Origin: Eledone cirrhosa
Lineage: Eukaryota
Direction of reading: 5' to 3'
Assembly: GCA_964016885.1 (NCBI GenBank)
Contig: CAXHJY010001122.1
Coordinates: 28,961-92,960 of the forward strand
DNA length: 64,000 nucleotides
Part shown: positions 14,617 to 27,600 of the stretch, piece after piece
Layout of the letters: every line of letters starts with the position of its first letter
Numbering within the stretch: the stretch's first letter is position 1
Made by a program: the position numbers and the translations under genes
Notes under the pieces: generated by a model
Seen by the model: the letters and a program-made list of their open reading frames with translations, nothing else
Told to the model about the DNA's origin: nothing
The model's database searches: none

Positions 14617-16616
14617 TTTCTTTATTGGCCACAAGGGCTAACATGAAGAAAAACATTACAGACGGCACAGAACGGTACAGGACGATACAAAGTGGGTTTG
14701 GGCCGTGTAAAAAGGGCTATAAAGATAGAAATATCAAAAAAATTAAAACAAAAAAAAATTCCCCAATAGAGGCGGAAACTTCCGAGGGTCACTCGTGACG
14801 AAAACCACACAAAAGACCACGGCCACCCTAACCACCAGGGCAAGCGCCCTCTCTCAGTTTTCCACTCCTCAGTCTACTAGAGCGGACCCGTTCACTAGGA
14901 CCAGACTCGCCACTTTCACCCACCAATCAACAAACTTATTTGATGATAGCAATTGTCTCGCCACCCTGATTTTCCTCTTCAAGTGAAATTTGAAAAAGTT
15001 AATCAGGGATTCGCCGAAGAGGAAAGTGTCCGTCTTCAATCCTTTCAACCTTGTCCACCACACAATCTCTTTCGCCATGGCCACCAGGCAAATGAAAACT
15101 GCCTGCCCTTCCTCCTCTTTAAAGGGGGATGGCGGGACTATCTGCACAATGGACTCAGTCGATAACCGGATCAGTCCTACACGTGACAGCAAATGTTCAA
15201 CATAGCTCCACAAGTCAGCAATGCTCGGACACTGAACGAGTGCGTGCACAACTGTTTCGTCGCCCTGTGCACATCTCGGACAGGTTCGGCTGACGGCACT
15301 TCCGTTCCTGTAGAGCTTATCTCGAACCGGCAACGCTCCCCGGTAGTACTGCCAGGCCAGGGATTTCTGGAAATTGTCCATAGGCCCCGAGCTGAAAGTT
15401 CTCTTGAAGAAAGCGAACAGCTGATCGTCTTCGACGCCCAGGTTCTCCCCGAAAACGTCGTCACTCTTCCCCTCCACTAGTCCTCTGTAGAACGCCGAGG
15501 TGGATGTTCCACCGATACTAGTGCCCAGCTGGTAGAAGGCTGTGAGCGCTTGGAGACATTCCAGCTTCCAAGCACTATCCCTCGGTCTTTTCCTGATCCA
15601 GGACTGCAGCTCCGTTATGAGACGAGCTGGGGAAAAATATGTCTGGCAAACGGTGAACACACCTGTTCATCGTCATGGAAGTACCAGAGATGTCGCAGCC
15701 TCAGCGCGAGTTTGCGCATCATCAGCCACAGCATACCCAGTCCTCCACGCAACGGGTGTTGACAGCAGATGGATCGTCTGATCATGGGAGCACATCCCTT
15801 CCATAAAAAGCGGAAGAGGAGGCGCTCTATTTTTGTCAGAACGGTTAGGCGGTAGCAGATGACGGATGCGATGAACGCATTCGCCACCTCTGCCAGACCT
15901 TTCAGGGACAGCTTTCTCTCGGCCCATTTCTGGGTGAGAGAGGCCACCCTGTTCGTCACCTCGCTCCAGTTTTTCTCCATCTGGAGGTCCGAACCGAACC
16001 AGACCCCGAGCAATTTAACCGGTCCTTCCGTCCAGCGCCCCACGACGTTGTCGGGCGGCATGGACTTGCCTCTCCAGATGACGAGCTGCAAACCCACCGA
16101 CTTTTCCCGGTTTAACTTTGCTCCTGCCACCGTTTCATATTCCTTGAGAACGGTGTCGAGCATCTGAACATGTCCAGTGTTTGACACCACCTCGGTGACG
16201 TCGTCGGCGTTAGCCGATACGGATCTCACATATCCCAGTTCACGTGGGACGTCTCTCATCGCCTCCAATTTGTGCAGTAACGGCTCTTGGGCCAATGCGT
16301 ACAAGAGTGATGAGAGGGGACAACCCTGACGGACCGAGCCAATGATGCTAAACGGCTGTGACAGATGACCGTTCACCTTCACAACTGAGCAGATGTCGCT
16401 GTGCATTGCAGCAATCCAACCCCTGAAAATGGGCCCGAAACCAGCCGCCTGAGGACCGCCGCCATGTACCGATGGTCGACTCTATCAAATACCTTAGATT
16501 GATCTAAGTTATCAGGGCCCCACCCGTGCCAAGTTCCTTAACCACTCTCTCTATGATGTATCGCATGAGATGGAGATTGTTGTGGATGGATCTGTCTGGA
16601 ATGGCACTTGTCTGCG
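14617..16616 (-). mobile_element. Tx1 lineage A copy A2, 5'-truncated (RT to 3' end)
   Basis: ORFs 15615-16406 (QGCPLSS, ANADD, KLLGVWFG) and 14869-15660 (TCPRC..HALVQC). The 3' end gccaataaagaaa runs into (ATT)n. Confidence 0.9.
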
Positions 16617-19600
16617 AGGGCCAACAAGGAACTGATGGCCCTCGTAGCACGAAGTGAAAATATACAAAAAGAGGGGGACATTTTTAAATCAAGCACATTT
16701 GCGTGCCGGAAGATTTGGTTCTGGTGCGAATGTCGATCGAATTATACAAAGAAACACGAGACAGCTTTCCTCGGGACTTGGGAACCCCGAATGTAAAACC
16801 AACTTCAAGATTTTTAAAGGGGTTCCCAAAAGAAACCCCACCAACTATGGAGGTCGAACAACCCGACCTTCACAAGATCCCGGAAGGTAAGTAAACCTTT
16901 CCTCTCTCTCTTTTTAACCTGCCAACATGGCCGTATTAAGAGTAGGATGTTTAAATGTTCGAGGCCTGGGATCGTCCTGGAAGCAGGGTCACCTGCTCAA
17001 TGACCTCAGGTCTCTAGAAATGGATGTAATTGCCGTCAGCGAGACCAGGATTTCCGACACGCGCGCACTAGCCCCCATTTTCGACGACTATCAGATCTTT
17101 GCATCTGTTAGCCGGCCGGGAATGGGAGGCGGGTGGCAGTGCTGTTTAGGAAAGGCCTGGATCTCGAGGTAAGGTCGATCTTCCGGGACCCGGACGGGAA
17201 GTTGGTGGTCCTGGACGTGAACAATAACGAAGGTGGTGCCTTTAGACTGGTGGCCGTTTATGCTCCTACTGGGGCAGGACGGCCGGACTTCTTTAGACGC
17301 CAGGAAGCCTTTCTAGGCATGCACGCCCTTTACTGTTAGCGGGGGACTGGAACAGCATCTTAGACGCACGCTGGGACTGTGTGGGAGTATCCGTTAGGAG
17401 CGGGGGGTGGGTGGGTGGGGGTGGGGTGCAAAAGCCTCAAGGTACCTGATCAGCCAGTTCCAACTGTCTGACAGGTACCGACTAGATTTCCCTAATGCGC
17501 CAGTGTGGACCTGGGCTAACCGCATAGGGTCATCTAGATCGTATATAGACAGGATATTCATTAGGAAAATAGACATAAATAGTGTAAGCTGTCCACGTTT
17601 TGAAACGGTCGCCTATTCAGATCACAAGTTTGTGATCTGTATGGTCGACCTAGATAAGACGCGTAGTTTAGGATCTGGTTACTGGAAGCTAAACATGTCA
17701 TTTCCGGCACGTAAGGCTTACAGGGACCAGGTCAACAATTTAGTTAAGAAAATGTTGACAGGGGGAGTCGTCCATAATAGATGGTGGGGCCTCATAAAAG
17801 AGAGATTAGAGTAATGTCGATAGAGTTTAGCAAAGAAGTAGCGTTAGAGAAAAATAGAAAGGAGGGGGAGTTGGTAGATAATTTAGACGAGGCTATTGGT
17901 AGTGACATTGCAACTGACGTGCTAGCGGCGAGAATGGCATTAGACCATTTCTTCAATGCGAAACACGAACGTTGCATTGTCAGAGCTAAGGCGCGTGCTC
18001 TGAGAAACGAGGGAACCAAAGCTGTTCGATGGGCCCGCGTGGCAGAGGCGCAGCGTGGTAATAAAACCACGATTCGGTCTTTGACGGACCGAGACGGACA
18101 CGATCTGAGCGATTCCAAGCGGATGTGTGAGGCCTTTCGCCAACATTTTGCTCGGTTGTTCGGGGGGAAGTGGCGGGTCAGAGATGGTGGCGGACTTCAG
18201 TCCCTACCTCGATGGCTTGCCGCAACTCTCGACGGCTGACGCTGGGCGCTGCGAAAGGCCAATTACTTCAGCCGAGATTCAGGATGCCCTTGTCGGCTGC
18301 ATGAGGCGCAAGTCACCCGGTTTGGATGGTCTGCCCTACGAGCTTTACGTAAATATGCCAGACTTGTTCTCCAATCTCCTCGAAGCCCTCTACTGCAACT
18401 GGCAGCAAAACGGGAGTATTCCCAGTTCTGTGTGCCGGGGCGTAGTGATGCTGATAAGGAAAGACGAGAACAAGAGGGACATATTAGACAATTTCAGGCC
18501 CATAACTCTGCTCAACACTGAGTTTAAGATTTTGGCCAGGGTGTTAGCGAAGAGGTTGGCGCTTGTCGTCGGGGATTTGGTTGGGGAGGCGCAAACTTGC
18601 GCAATCCCAACCAGGTCCATACACGACAACCTCCACCTAATGCGATATATCATAGAGAGAGTAGGGTGTAAACCTGGCTTCGGTGGGGCTCTGATCAATT
18701 TAGATCAATCGAAAGTATTCGATAGGGTCAACCATCGGTACCTGGAGGCTGTCCTCAAGGCGGCTGGCTTCGGCCCCGTCTTCAGAAGCTGGATCAGTGG
18801 CATCAGCTCGATGGTCAAAATTAATGGCCACCTCTCGGAACCGTTTCAGGTAACCCGATCATTCCGTCATGAGTGCCCTCTCTCCTCCCTTCTGTACGTA
18901 TTGACTCTCGAGCCTTTACTGCGGAAGCTGGAGCCGTTGCAGGGCATCCCGCTCGAACCGGGACGCGGAAAGGCTGTGTCGGCTTATGTGGACGACATCA
19001 CCGTGATGGTGTCGGACACCTCAGTAATCGAGGTGGTCGGCAACTTATTGGAGGAATATGAAAGGTTGACGGGAGCAACACTTAACCCGAAAAAGTCGGT
19101 GGGCTTGCAACTCGGCACCTGGAGAGGCAAGTCCATGCCGTCCAACAGCGTCGTTAGGCGCTGGACGGACGGACCGGTAAAGTTGCTAGGGGTTTAGTTC
19201 GGGCCAGACCTCCAGGTGGACAAGAATTGGGACGAGGTGACGGGCAGGGTAGCCAGTCTCACCCAGAAACGGGCTGGGATGAAGCTATCATTGAAAGGTC
19301 GGGCGGAGGTGGCGAACGCGTACATCGCGTCCGTAATCTACTACCGTCTGACCGTTCGCGCCTTGCCATCTTGGAGCGGGTCCTCTTCAAATTCTTGTGG
19401 AGGGGTCAGGTTCCGCTGGTGAGGCGGCCCATCTGCTGCCAGCACCCTCTACGTGGAGGGCTGGGCATGCCGTGGCTAATGATGCGCAGGCATGCGCTGA
19501 GGTTGCGGAATCTCCAGATATTCTGCCTAAACGGTGAACAGGTGTGGTCGCTGTTTGTCAGACGGGCCTTTCCGCAACTCGTTTCTTTGACTGAGCTGCA

Positions 19601-20605
19601 GTCGTGGGTCAAGAAGAGACCGAGACTGGGTGACTGGCATCTGGAATGTTGCCAGGCACTCACTGACCTCTACCAGGCGGGCAATGCGGTCAGTGGAACT
19701 TCCACTCTCGAGTTCTATAGAGGATTAGTGGTGGGCAAGTGCGACGACGCACTCGGAGAGGCTCTGGGAGTCAACGAAGTCGAACTAACCAGTCTGTACC
19801 GGAGGACCTTCGAGCCGGGGACGATGGATAATTTCCAAAAATCCCTCGCTTGGCAGTGCTACCGGGGACACTTCCGGTTCGGGATAAACTCTACAGGCAC
19901 GGAAGTGCTGTCAGACGGACCTGCCCGAGATGCGCGCAGAGCGACGAAACCGTTCTGCACGCATTCGTCCAGTGTCCGTGCATTACTGACTTGTGGAGTT
20001 ATGTTGAACAGCTGTTCTCGCGTGTAGAACGGATCCGGCTATCGGCCGAGTCCATAGTGAAGATCGACCCGCCGCCTTCTTTTGGCCAGGAAGGGCAGGC
20101 AATTTTCCTCTGTCTGGTGGCAGTAGTGAAAGAGGTTGTATGGTGGACGAGGTTGAAAGGACTGAAGACAGACACTTTTCTCTTCGGCCAATCTCTCATC
20201 AACTTTTTCAAGTTTCACTTGGGAAAGGAAGGTGAGGATGGAGAGAGAAGTGCTGCCCCCCCCCCCCCAGTACATTTGCTGAAAGGTGGGTGAATGTGAG
20301 TGGGAATACTCTGGCCATACGGCTGTAGCTAGGTACATTTGAGTAGGAGAGGGGGTGCCCTTCCAGGGTGCTCTCGAAGCGTCGGGTCGTTCAGGATTGG
20401 TGGGGTTCCTGAGCCAACCCTGGGTGGTCATCCCCCCTATTGGGGAATCTTTTTGTTGTAATTTTATTGTTACTTTAATGTTACTTTGTTATTGTTACTT
20501 TGTTATTGTTATTCATATTGTTTACTCGATTTTTCTGTAAAACCCCACTGTCCCAGTCTTTTGTATTGCCCCCTGTATGTCGGCCCTTTTAGCCAATAAA
20601 TGAAA
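16617..20605 (+). mobile_element. Tx1 lineage A copy A3: ORF1 tail plus complete but frameshifted ORF2
   Basis: ORF2 starts MAVLRVGCLNVRGL at 16927, then GDWN, SYIDR, YSDH, KSPGLDGLP, FRPITLLN, AYVDD and CPRC..HAFVQC. The 3' end is gccaataaatgaaa. Confidence 0.92.
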
Positions 20606-20613
20606 TCATTATT

Positions 20614-20716
20614 AGGTTGACTTTGCCTTTCACCCTTACGGGGTCGATAAAATAAAGTACCAGTAATGCACTGGTTAATTGCTGGCCTTGTGCCTAACGT
20701 AGAAACAATTATTATT
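20614..20716 (+). mobile_element. SINE 3' half with (ATT)n tail
   Basis: Reverse complement of the 9881-9990 SINE portion. Confidence 0.85.
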
Positions 20717-21280
20717 GAAGGTGAAGCCACGCTTCTTATCGGCTCCGGTTTTTTTCAACAGTTTACTTCGTTTTCAACCGTTCTGAACCTTTTATTCAAG
20801 TATTAAACTTGATAAAAGTTTAGAAGAAGTGACCAACCTAATACAGGGGTTCACTCGTAAATAATACGGCACCCCTTTACGGGGTGACGTATTATGTAAA
20901 AAAAATATTATTTGAAAAAAAAAATTTCTTTCAACATGGATAACACAAGAAAAAGAGAGAGTGCTGTCAGACAACACACAGAGAGAGGGAGAATTTGTCA
21001 ACATATCAACAAGACAGCGTTCTAGCGAAGGTAAATATAAAAGAAAATATTACGAAGGAAAAGAGGAACAATATCATTTTTAATGATATTGTTACAGATT
21101 TAAAATTACCAAATATTTCTAACACAAACAACACCAACAATAACACCAACAACAACACCATCAATAACAACAGCAACAACAAAAATAACAGCGATAAGGT
21201 CGAGAACAACAATAACAATGACAATAACAACAGCCACAACAACGATAATAGTAGGAACAGTATCAACTCTGACGAGCATG
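20717..21280 (+). mobile_element. 5' fragment of a Tx1-like element (5' UTR + Asn-rich ORF1 start)
   Basis: UTR hairpin cacccc-tttac-ggggtg at ~20870. ATG at ~20937 gives MDNTR, compared with MNNTR at 46962. AAC-rich coding follows. Begins right after the SINE tail. Confidence 0.6.
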
Positions 21281-23188
21281 AAGTTTTGTATGTTTTGTTG
21301 GTGTGATTTTATTTGCTTGCGTGGCTGTGGTGGTGATGGTTTTGGTGGTGTTGTTTCGGTTGTGTCTGTTATTGCGGTGAGTGCGGTGTCTGTGGTTTCA
21401 GATGTTTGTGTGTATATTTGTTCTTGCGTCTGTTTAGGTTGTTTACGTTCGGGAGATTCTGGTGATGGTGATGGTGGTGTTGATGTTGGTGTTATTGGAG
21501 AGATGTTTGCGTGGGTGATGTCTGCGGGTTTTTTTTTTGGGGGGGGGGGGGTGATTTTGTGCTTTGTTGAGTTTTTGTTTTCTTTTTGTGTTTCCTTTTC
21601 TATTTTGGGGAATTTTGGTTTTCCCTCATCTTCACTACTGGTAGATGAGGGGTCTGTGTCTGTAAGTGTGTCTGTATGTATGTTTATGGTTTTATTGGTG
21701 TGTGTATTTTGGGGGAAGGGGGAATTTGACAACTTTCCTCGTTTCCCCCCTGGGTGGTCAATGTTGGTGGTGGTCTTTCTATTGGTGTTGTTGTTGGTGG
21801 TTTTGCCGGTGCTGGTGTTGTTGTGGTCCTCGCCCCGGCGTCGGCAGCAGTGGAGCCTTTCGAACTCTTGCCTCTTTCAGAAGTTGAGGGCAGAAGGCTC
21901 GCAAATGGGTTTTTTCCCCACAAACAAAACAATGCGGCCGATTGCCTTCGGTCATAATGTGAATGACCGTCCCATTCTGAAGGCGGATGTGGTCTGGGAT
22001 TGTCTTCACATTCTCGGGCCTGATCTGGAGAAGGATCTCCAGGTCAACCCCGGACCAGTCCTCTCTGGCCGTTCTGGTCACTTCTATAGGGACGGTATCC
22101 GTCCCCTCCACAATCACACATCCCAGAAGCCACCACATGTCAAGTCCTGGTGGGATTCTGGGAATGCGGAGACAGGCCGTTCTTTTTCCCCATGTCGGAG
22201 GGGTACATTATGACCTTGCTGGTTTTGTAAGGAGTCATAGCGTGTTTCATAGCGAGGGCTTCTGACTTGAACAACACCGAAATGGTGCCGTACTGTCTGC
22301 CCCTCTCTATGTATTCGGTGTCTTCTCTGATGCACCTCAGCGCGACTTCGACATCTTGTGGGATTAAAGCTGCCCTTTTGGTTTGTGCTGAGATGCATCT
22401 ATAATGCACCGTTCTTCGCTCCACTGCCTCAATAGCTTCTACCGGGACAGTTAAGTTGGCCCAGGTTTGCTCTTGCTTGATGAGCTTCCATGCCTGGGCC
22501 AACTTTTCATCTTTGTTTGAGAGGTCCATGTTGAAGCATGGCCTCTTTTTTGCTACTGCAGCAGCGAAAGTGTTCTTCTGGTTTTCGTTGGGGGTGTTGT
22601 TGTCGTTGCCGTTGTTCTTGTTGGTGTTGGTGTTATCACTGTCGCTGTTATCATTGTTGTCTTTGTTGCCACCGTTGTTCTCGGTGCAGTTGGTATTGTT
22701 GCTGTTGGTGTTGTCGCTATTTGTTTTCATGTTAGTGGTGTTGATATTGTTGTTGTATTTGTTATTTTTTTTTTTGTTATCTGTATTTTCATTGTCGCTG
22801 TTACTGTCATTTTTTTCAAAATTAGAGTTCTCATTGGTATCATTGGTGTCTTTGTTTACATTGTTTGTGGTGGTGTTTGTGTTATAAATTTGTGTTAATT
22901 TCGCTGTAGCGCTCCTCTCAACTTCTACGTCGTTGTCGCACGACAGCCGACATATCGCTGGGGGGCGTGGCTCAGCCATGTTTTTTTTTTCTCCGTAAAT
23001 TTTTTAACATGTAAAAAAAAGTTCAAATATTTGGGCCAAAAGGCCCAAATATTATACTTTCCCCTTCACAGGGCAAAGTCTAAGGGCTTATATCCCTTAC
23101 ACAACAAGAAATATTTAACAACAAATAATTTTAACAGGCAAATAAAGCGACTTACTGGGAGCGAGCCAAAAAGACGTCCGAACAGACC
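21281..23188 (-). mobile_element. Tx1 lineage A copy A4: 5' UTR and ORF1 only
   Basis: ORF 22140-22979 MAEPRP.., Asn-rich, TFAAAV, RGRQYGTISVLF. ORF 21779-22138 has the knuckle CFVCGEKTHLRAFC. Pro/Thr-rich tail. The 5' end abuts (ATT)n. Confidence 0.85.
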
Positions 23189-23392
23189 AATAATAATAAT
23201 AATAATAATTGTTTCTACTTTTTGGCACAAGACCAGCAATTACCCTGTGCATTACTGGTACTTTATTTTATCGACCCCGTAAGGATGAAAGGCAAAGTTA
23301 ACCTCGGCGGGATTTGAACACAGAATGGCAAGGGCCGTAACTCTATGCTAGAAAGCATGGCGTCCGACCTTCTACCGACACTGCCAACCCAC
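23189..23392 (-). mobile_element. tRNA-derived SINE, near full length
   Basis: Colinear with 9881-10075, with B-box and (ATT)n tail. Confidence 0.87.
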
Positions 23393-23396
23393 ATAG

Positions 23397-26300
23397 TTTC
23401 ATTTATTGGCCACAAGGGCCGACATATAGGGGACAATACAAAAGACAGGGGCAGTGGGGGTTTACATATACAACGTGTAAAAAATATAAATAACAATAAC
23501 AAAATAACAATAAAAAATACAAGGAAAATTCCCCAATAGGGGGGATAACCAACCAGGGTTCACTCAGGTACCCCCACCAATCCTGAACCCAACCGAAACT
23601 TCAGGAGCACCCGGGAAGGGCACCCCTCTCCTCCTCAAATTCACTCACCTACAGGCGCATGATCAGAGTAGGCCCACTCACACGGGCCATTCTCGCCACA
23701 TTCACCCACCTTTCAGCAAATGTACTGGGGGGAAGCACTTCTCTCTCCACCCTCACCTTCCTTTCCAAGTGAAACTTGAAAAGGTTTATGAGGGATTGGC
23801 CGAAGAGAAAAGTGTCTGTCTTCAGTCCTTTCAACCTCGTCCACCATACAGCCTCTTTCGCTACAGCCACCAGACAGAGGAAAATTGCCTGCCCTTCCTG
23901 ACCAAAAGAAGGCGGCGGGTCGATATTCACTATGGACTCGGCCGATAGCCGGATCTGTTCTACACGCGAGAACAGCAGTTCGACATAATTCCACAAGTCA
24001 GTAATGCACGGACACGGGACGAGTGCGTCCAGAAATATTTCGTCGCTCTGCGCACATCTTGGGCAGGTCCATCTGACAGCACTTCCGTGCCTGAAGAGTT
24101 TATCTCGAACCGGAAGTGCCCCTCGTAGCACTGCCAAGCGAGGAATTTTGGGAAGTTATCCATCATCCTCGGCTAGAAAGTCCTCCGGAACAGACTGGTT
24201 AGTTCGACTTCGTCGACGGCCAGAGTCTAATCAAGTGCGTCGTCGCACTGGCCCACCACTAATCCTCTATAGAACTCAAGAGTGGAAGTTCTTCTGACCG
24301 CATTTCCCGCCTGGTAGAGGGCAGTGAGTGCCTGGCAACATTCCAGATGCCAGTCACCCAGTCTCGGTCTCTTCTTGACCCAGGACTGAAACTCAGTCAA
24401 AGAGACGAGCTGCGAAAAGGCCCGTCTGACAAACAGCGACCACACCTATTCACCGTTTAGGCAGAATATCTGGAGATTCCGCAGCCTCAGCGCATGTCTG
24501 CGCATCATTTGCCACGGCATGCCCAGGCCTCCACGTAGAGGGTGCTGGCAGCAAATGGACCGCCTCACCAACGGGACTTGTCACCTCGACAAGAATTTGA
24601 AGAGGAGCCGCTCTAAGTTGGCGAGGCGCGGACGGGGGCGAGAGACGACGGTCAAGCGGCAATAGATTACGGAGGCGAGGTAAGCATTTGCCACCTCCGC
24701 CCAACCTTTTAGTGATAGCTTCCTCGTAGCCCATTTCTGGGTGAGACTGGCTACCCTGCCCGTCACCTCATCCCAATTCTTATCCATCTGGAGGTCTGGT
24801 CCGAACCGAATCCCGAGCAACTTTACCGGTCCGTCCGTCCAGCGCCCCACAAAACTGTTAGACGGCATGGACTTGCCTCTCCAGGTGCCGAGCTGCAAGC
24901 CCACCGACTTTTCCGGGTTAAGTTTCGCTCCCGTCAACTTTTCATATTCATCCAATAAGGTGCCGACCACCTCGATTTCCAAGGTGTTTGACACCATCAC
25001 GGTGATGTCGTCCGCATAAGCCGACACAGACTTTCCGCATCCCGGTTCGAGCGGGATGCCCTGCAACAGCTCCAGCTTCCGCATTAAAGGCTCGAGAGTC
25101 AATACGTACAGAAAGGAGAGAGGGCACCCTTGACGATCTCAAACGGTTCCGAGAGGTGGCCATTAACTTTGACCACCGAGCAGATGCCGCTGCGCATTGC
25201 AGCGATCCAGCTTCTGAAGACGGGGCCGAGGCCAGCTGCCTTGAGGACTGACTGCAGCTACCGATGGTCGACCCTATCGAATGCTTCCGATTGATCTAAA
25301 TTGATCAGAGCCCCACCGAAGCCAGGTTTACACCCTACCCTCTCTGTAATGTTTTGCATGAGGTGGAGGTTGTCGTGTATGGACCTGGTCGGGATTGCAC
25401 AAGTTTGCGCCTCCCCAACCAAATCCTCGACGACAAGCGCCAACCTCTTCGCTAACACCTTGGCCAAAATCTTAAACTCTGTGTCGAGCAGAGTTATGGG
25501 CCTGAAATTGTCTAATGTGTCCCTCTTGTTCTCGTCTTTCCTCATCAGCGTCACTGCGCCCCTGCTCACAGAACTAGGAATACTCCCGTTCTGCTGTGAG
25601 TTGCAGGAGAGCGCTTCGAGGAGATCGGAAAACAAGTCTGGCATATTTACAAGTCTGGCATATATATAAAGCTCGTAGGGCAGACCATCCAAACCGGGTG
25701 ACTTGCACCTTGTGCATTCGACAAGGGCATCCTGAACATCAGCTGAATTTATCGGTCTTTCGCAGCGCTCAGCGTCGGCCGTCGAGAGTTGCGGCAGGCT
25801 ATCGAGGTAGGGACTGAAGTCCGCCATCGTCTCTGACCCGCCACTTCCCCCGAACAACCAAGCAAAATGCTGGCGAAAGGCCTCACACATCCGCCTGGAA
25901 TCGCTCAGCCCCTGTCCGTCGCGGTCCGTCAAAGACCGAATTGTGGTTTTATTACCACGCTGCGGCTCTGCATTGAAGACAAGGCCTAATGCCATTCTCG
26001 CCGCTCGCACGTCAGTTGCAATGCCACTACAAATAGACTCGTCTAAATTATCTACCAGCTCCCCTTCCATTCTATTTTTCTCTAACGCTATTCTTTGCTA
26101 AACCATATCGACATTACTCTAATTTCTCTTTTGAGAACCCCCCACCATCTGTTGTTGACGACTCCCCTTGTCAACTTTTGCTTAACTAAATTATTGATCC
26201 GGTCCCTTGTAAGCCTTGCGTGCTGGAAATACATGTTCAGCGTCCAGTAACCAGGTCCTAACCTACGCGTTTTATCTAGGTCGTCCATACAGATCACAAA

Positions 26301-26914
26301 TTTGTGATCTAAATAAGTGACCGTATGTAATTGTGGACACCCTATACTATTCTTATCCACTAATCTAATTAGAAACCTATCTAAGTACGATCTAGATGTC
26401 CCTAAACGATTTGTCCAGGTCCACACTGGCGCATTAGGGAAAATCTAGTCGGTACCTGTCAGACAGTTGGAACTGGCTAATCAGGTACTTGAGGCTTTTG
26501 CACCACCACCCCGCTCCTATCGCATACTCCCACACAATCCCAGCGTGCGTCTAAGATGCCGTTCCAGTCCCCCGCTAACAGTAAAGGGCGAGACGTACCC
26601 AGAAAGGCTTCCAGATGTCTAAAGAAATCCGGCCGTCCTGCCCCGGTAGGGGCGTAGACGGCCACCAGTCTAAAGACACCACCTTCGCTATTGTTCACGT
26701 CCAGGAAGATCGACCTTACCTCGAGATCCAGGCCTTTCCTAAACAGCACTGCCACCCCGCCTCCCATTCCCGGCCGAAAAACAGATGCGAAGATCTGAGT
26801 CTTTGAATATGGGGGCTACTGCGCGCATGTCAGAAATCCTGGTCTCGCTGACGGCAATTACATCCATTCGTAGAGACCTGAGGTCGTTGAGCAGGTGACC
26901 CTGCTTCCAGGACG
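23397..26914 (-). mobile_element. Tx1 lineage A copy A5: nearly all of ORF2, decayed; inverted close relative of A3
   Basis: ORFs 26477-26767 (AGDWNG), 25258-26070, 24581-25102 (AYADD) and 23649-24137. Colinear in reverse with 16975-20605. Confidence 0.92.
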
Positions 26915-26987
26915 GGGTCGATAAAATAAAGTACCAGTAATGCACTGAGTAATTGCTGGTCTTGTGCCAAAAGTAGAAACAATTATT
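26912..26987 (+). mobile_element. SINE 3' fragment fused to the 5' break of A5
   Basis: acggggtcgataaaataaagtacc...aacaattatt; the trinucleotide acg is shared at the junction. Confidence 0.8.
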
Positions 26988-27502
26988 TCTCTTCCCGTTC
27001 TGTATAAATAAATAAATATATGTATAACAATAAATCTAAAACAGTTATCGCCGCGTAAACAAATTATATAGTGAAATAGAACATGAGTAATCTACTGAAG
27101 TTTTGCACAAAGGATGCACACGCCGTCTCGTGACACTGAACGCTAACGATAATTCCGTTAGCATCGTCGTGACGAACGCCACTGCGACAAAATGTTCAGC
27201 TAATGAAAAACAGCTGAGTTTTCCTCACTTTCGATTTATAATTCAACTCGGCTTGCTATGTATTTCCTTTCTATTGCTGGACTTATCATAGTATTATCAT
27301 GGCAGTCAAGTGTAACAGATGGTAAGATAATAACTCATTTGTTATCTTATTCACTTATTGAATACTTTAATTACTTGACTGTCCTCAAATGTTTTTCTCA
27401 TTTTCATTAATACTGTCATGTTGTCACGTGATCCTCCAACCTAACAGTAGCGGTCCACAATAATAATTGACGTGGAGTCAGTATGTATGTATGCGTGTGT
27501 AT

Positions 27503-27549
27503 CTTTCTCTCTCTCTCTCTCTTTCTTTCTCTCCCTCTCTCTCTCTCTC

Positions 27550-27600
<51 letters not shown>
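27503..27600. repeat. (TC)n/(TA)n compound microsatellite at the left edge of the Tx1-B array
   Basis: Direct observation. Confidence 0.93.
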
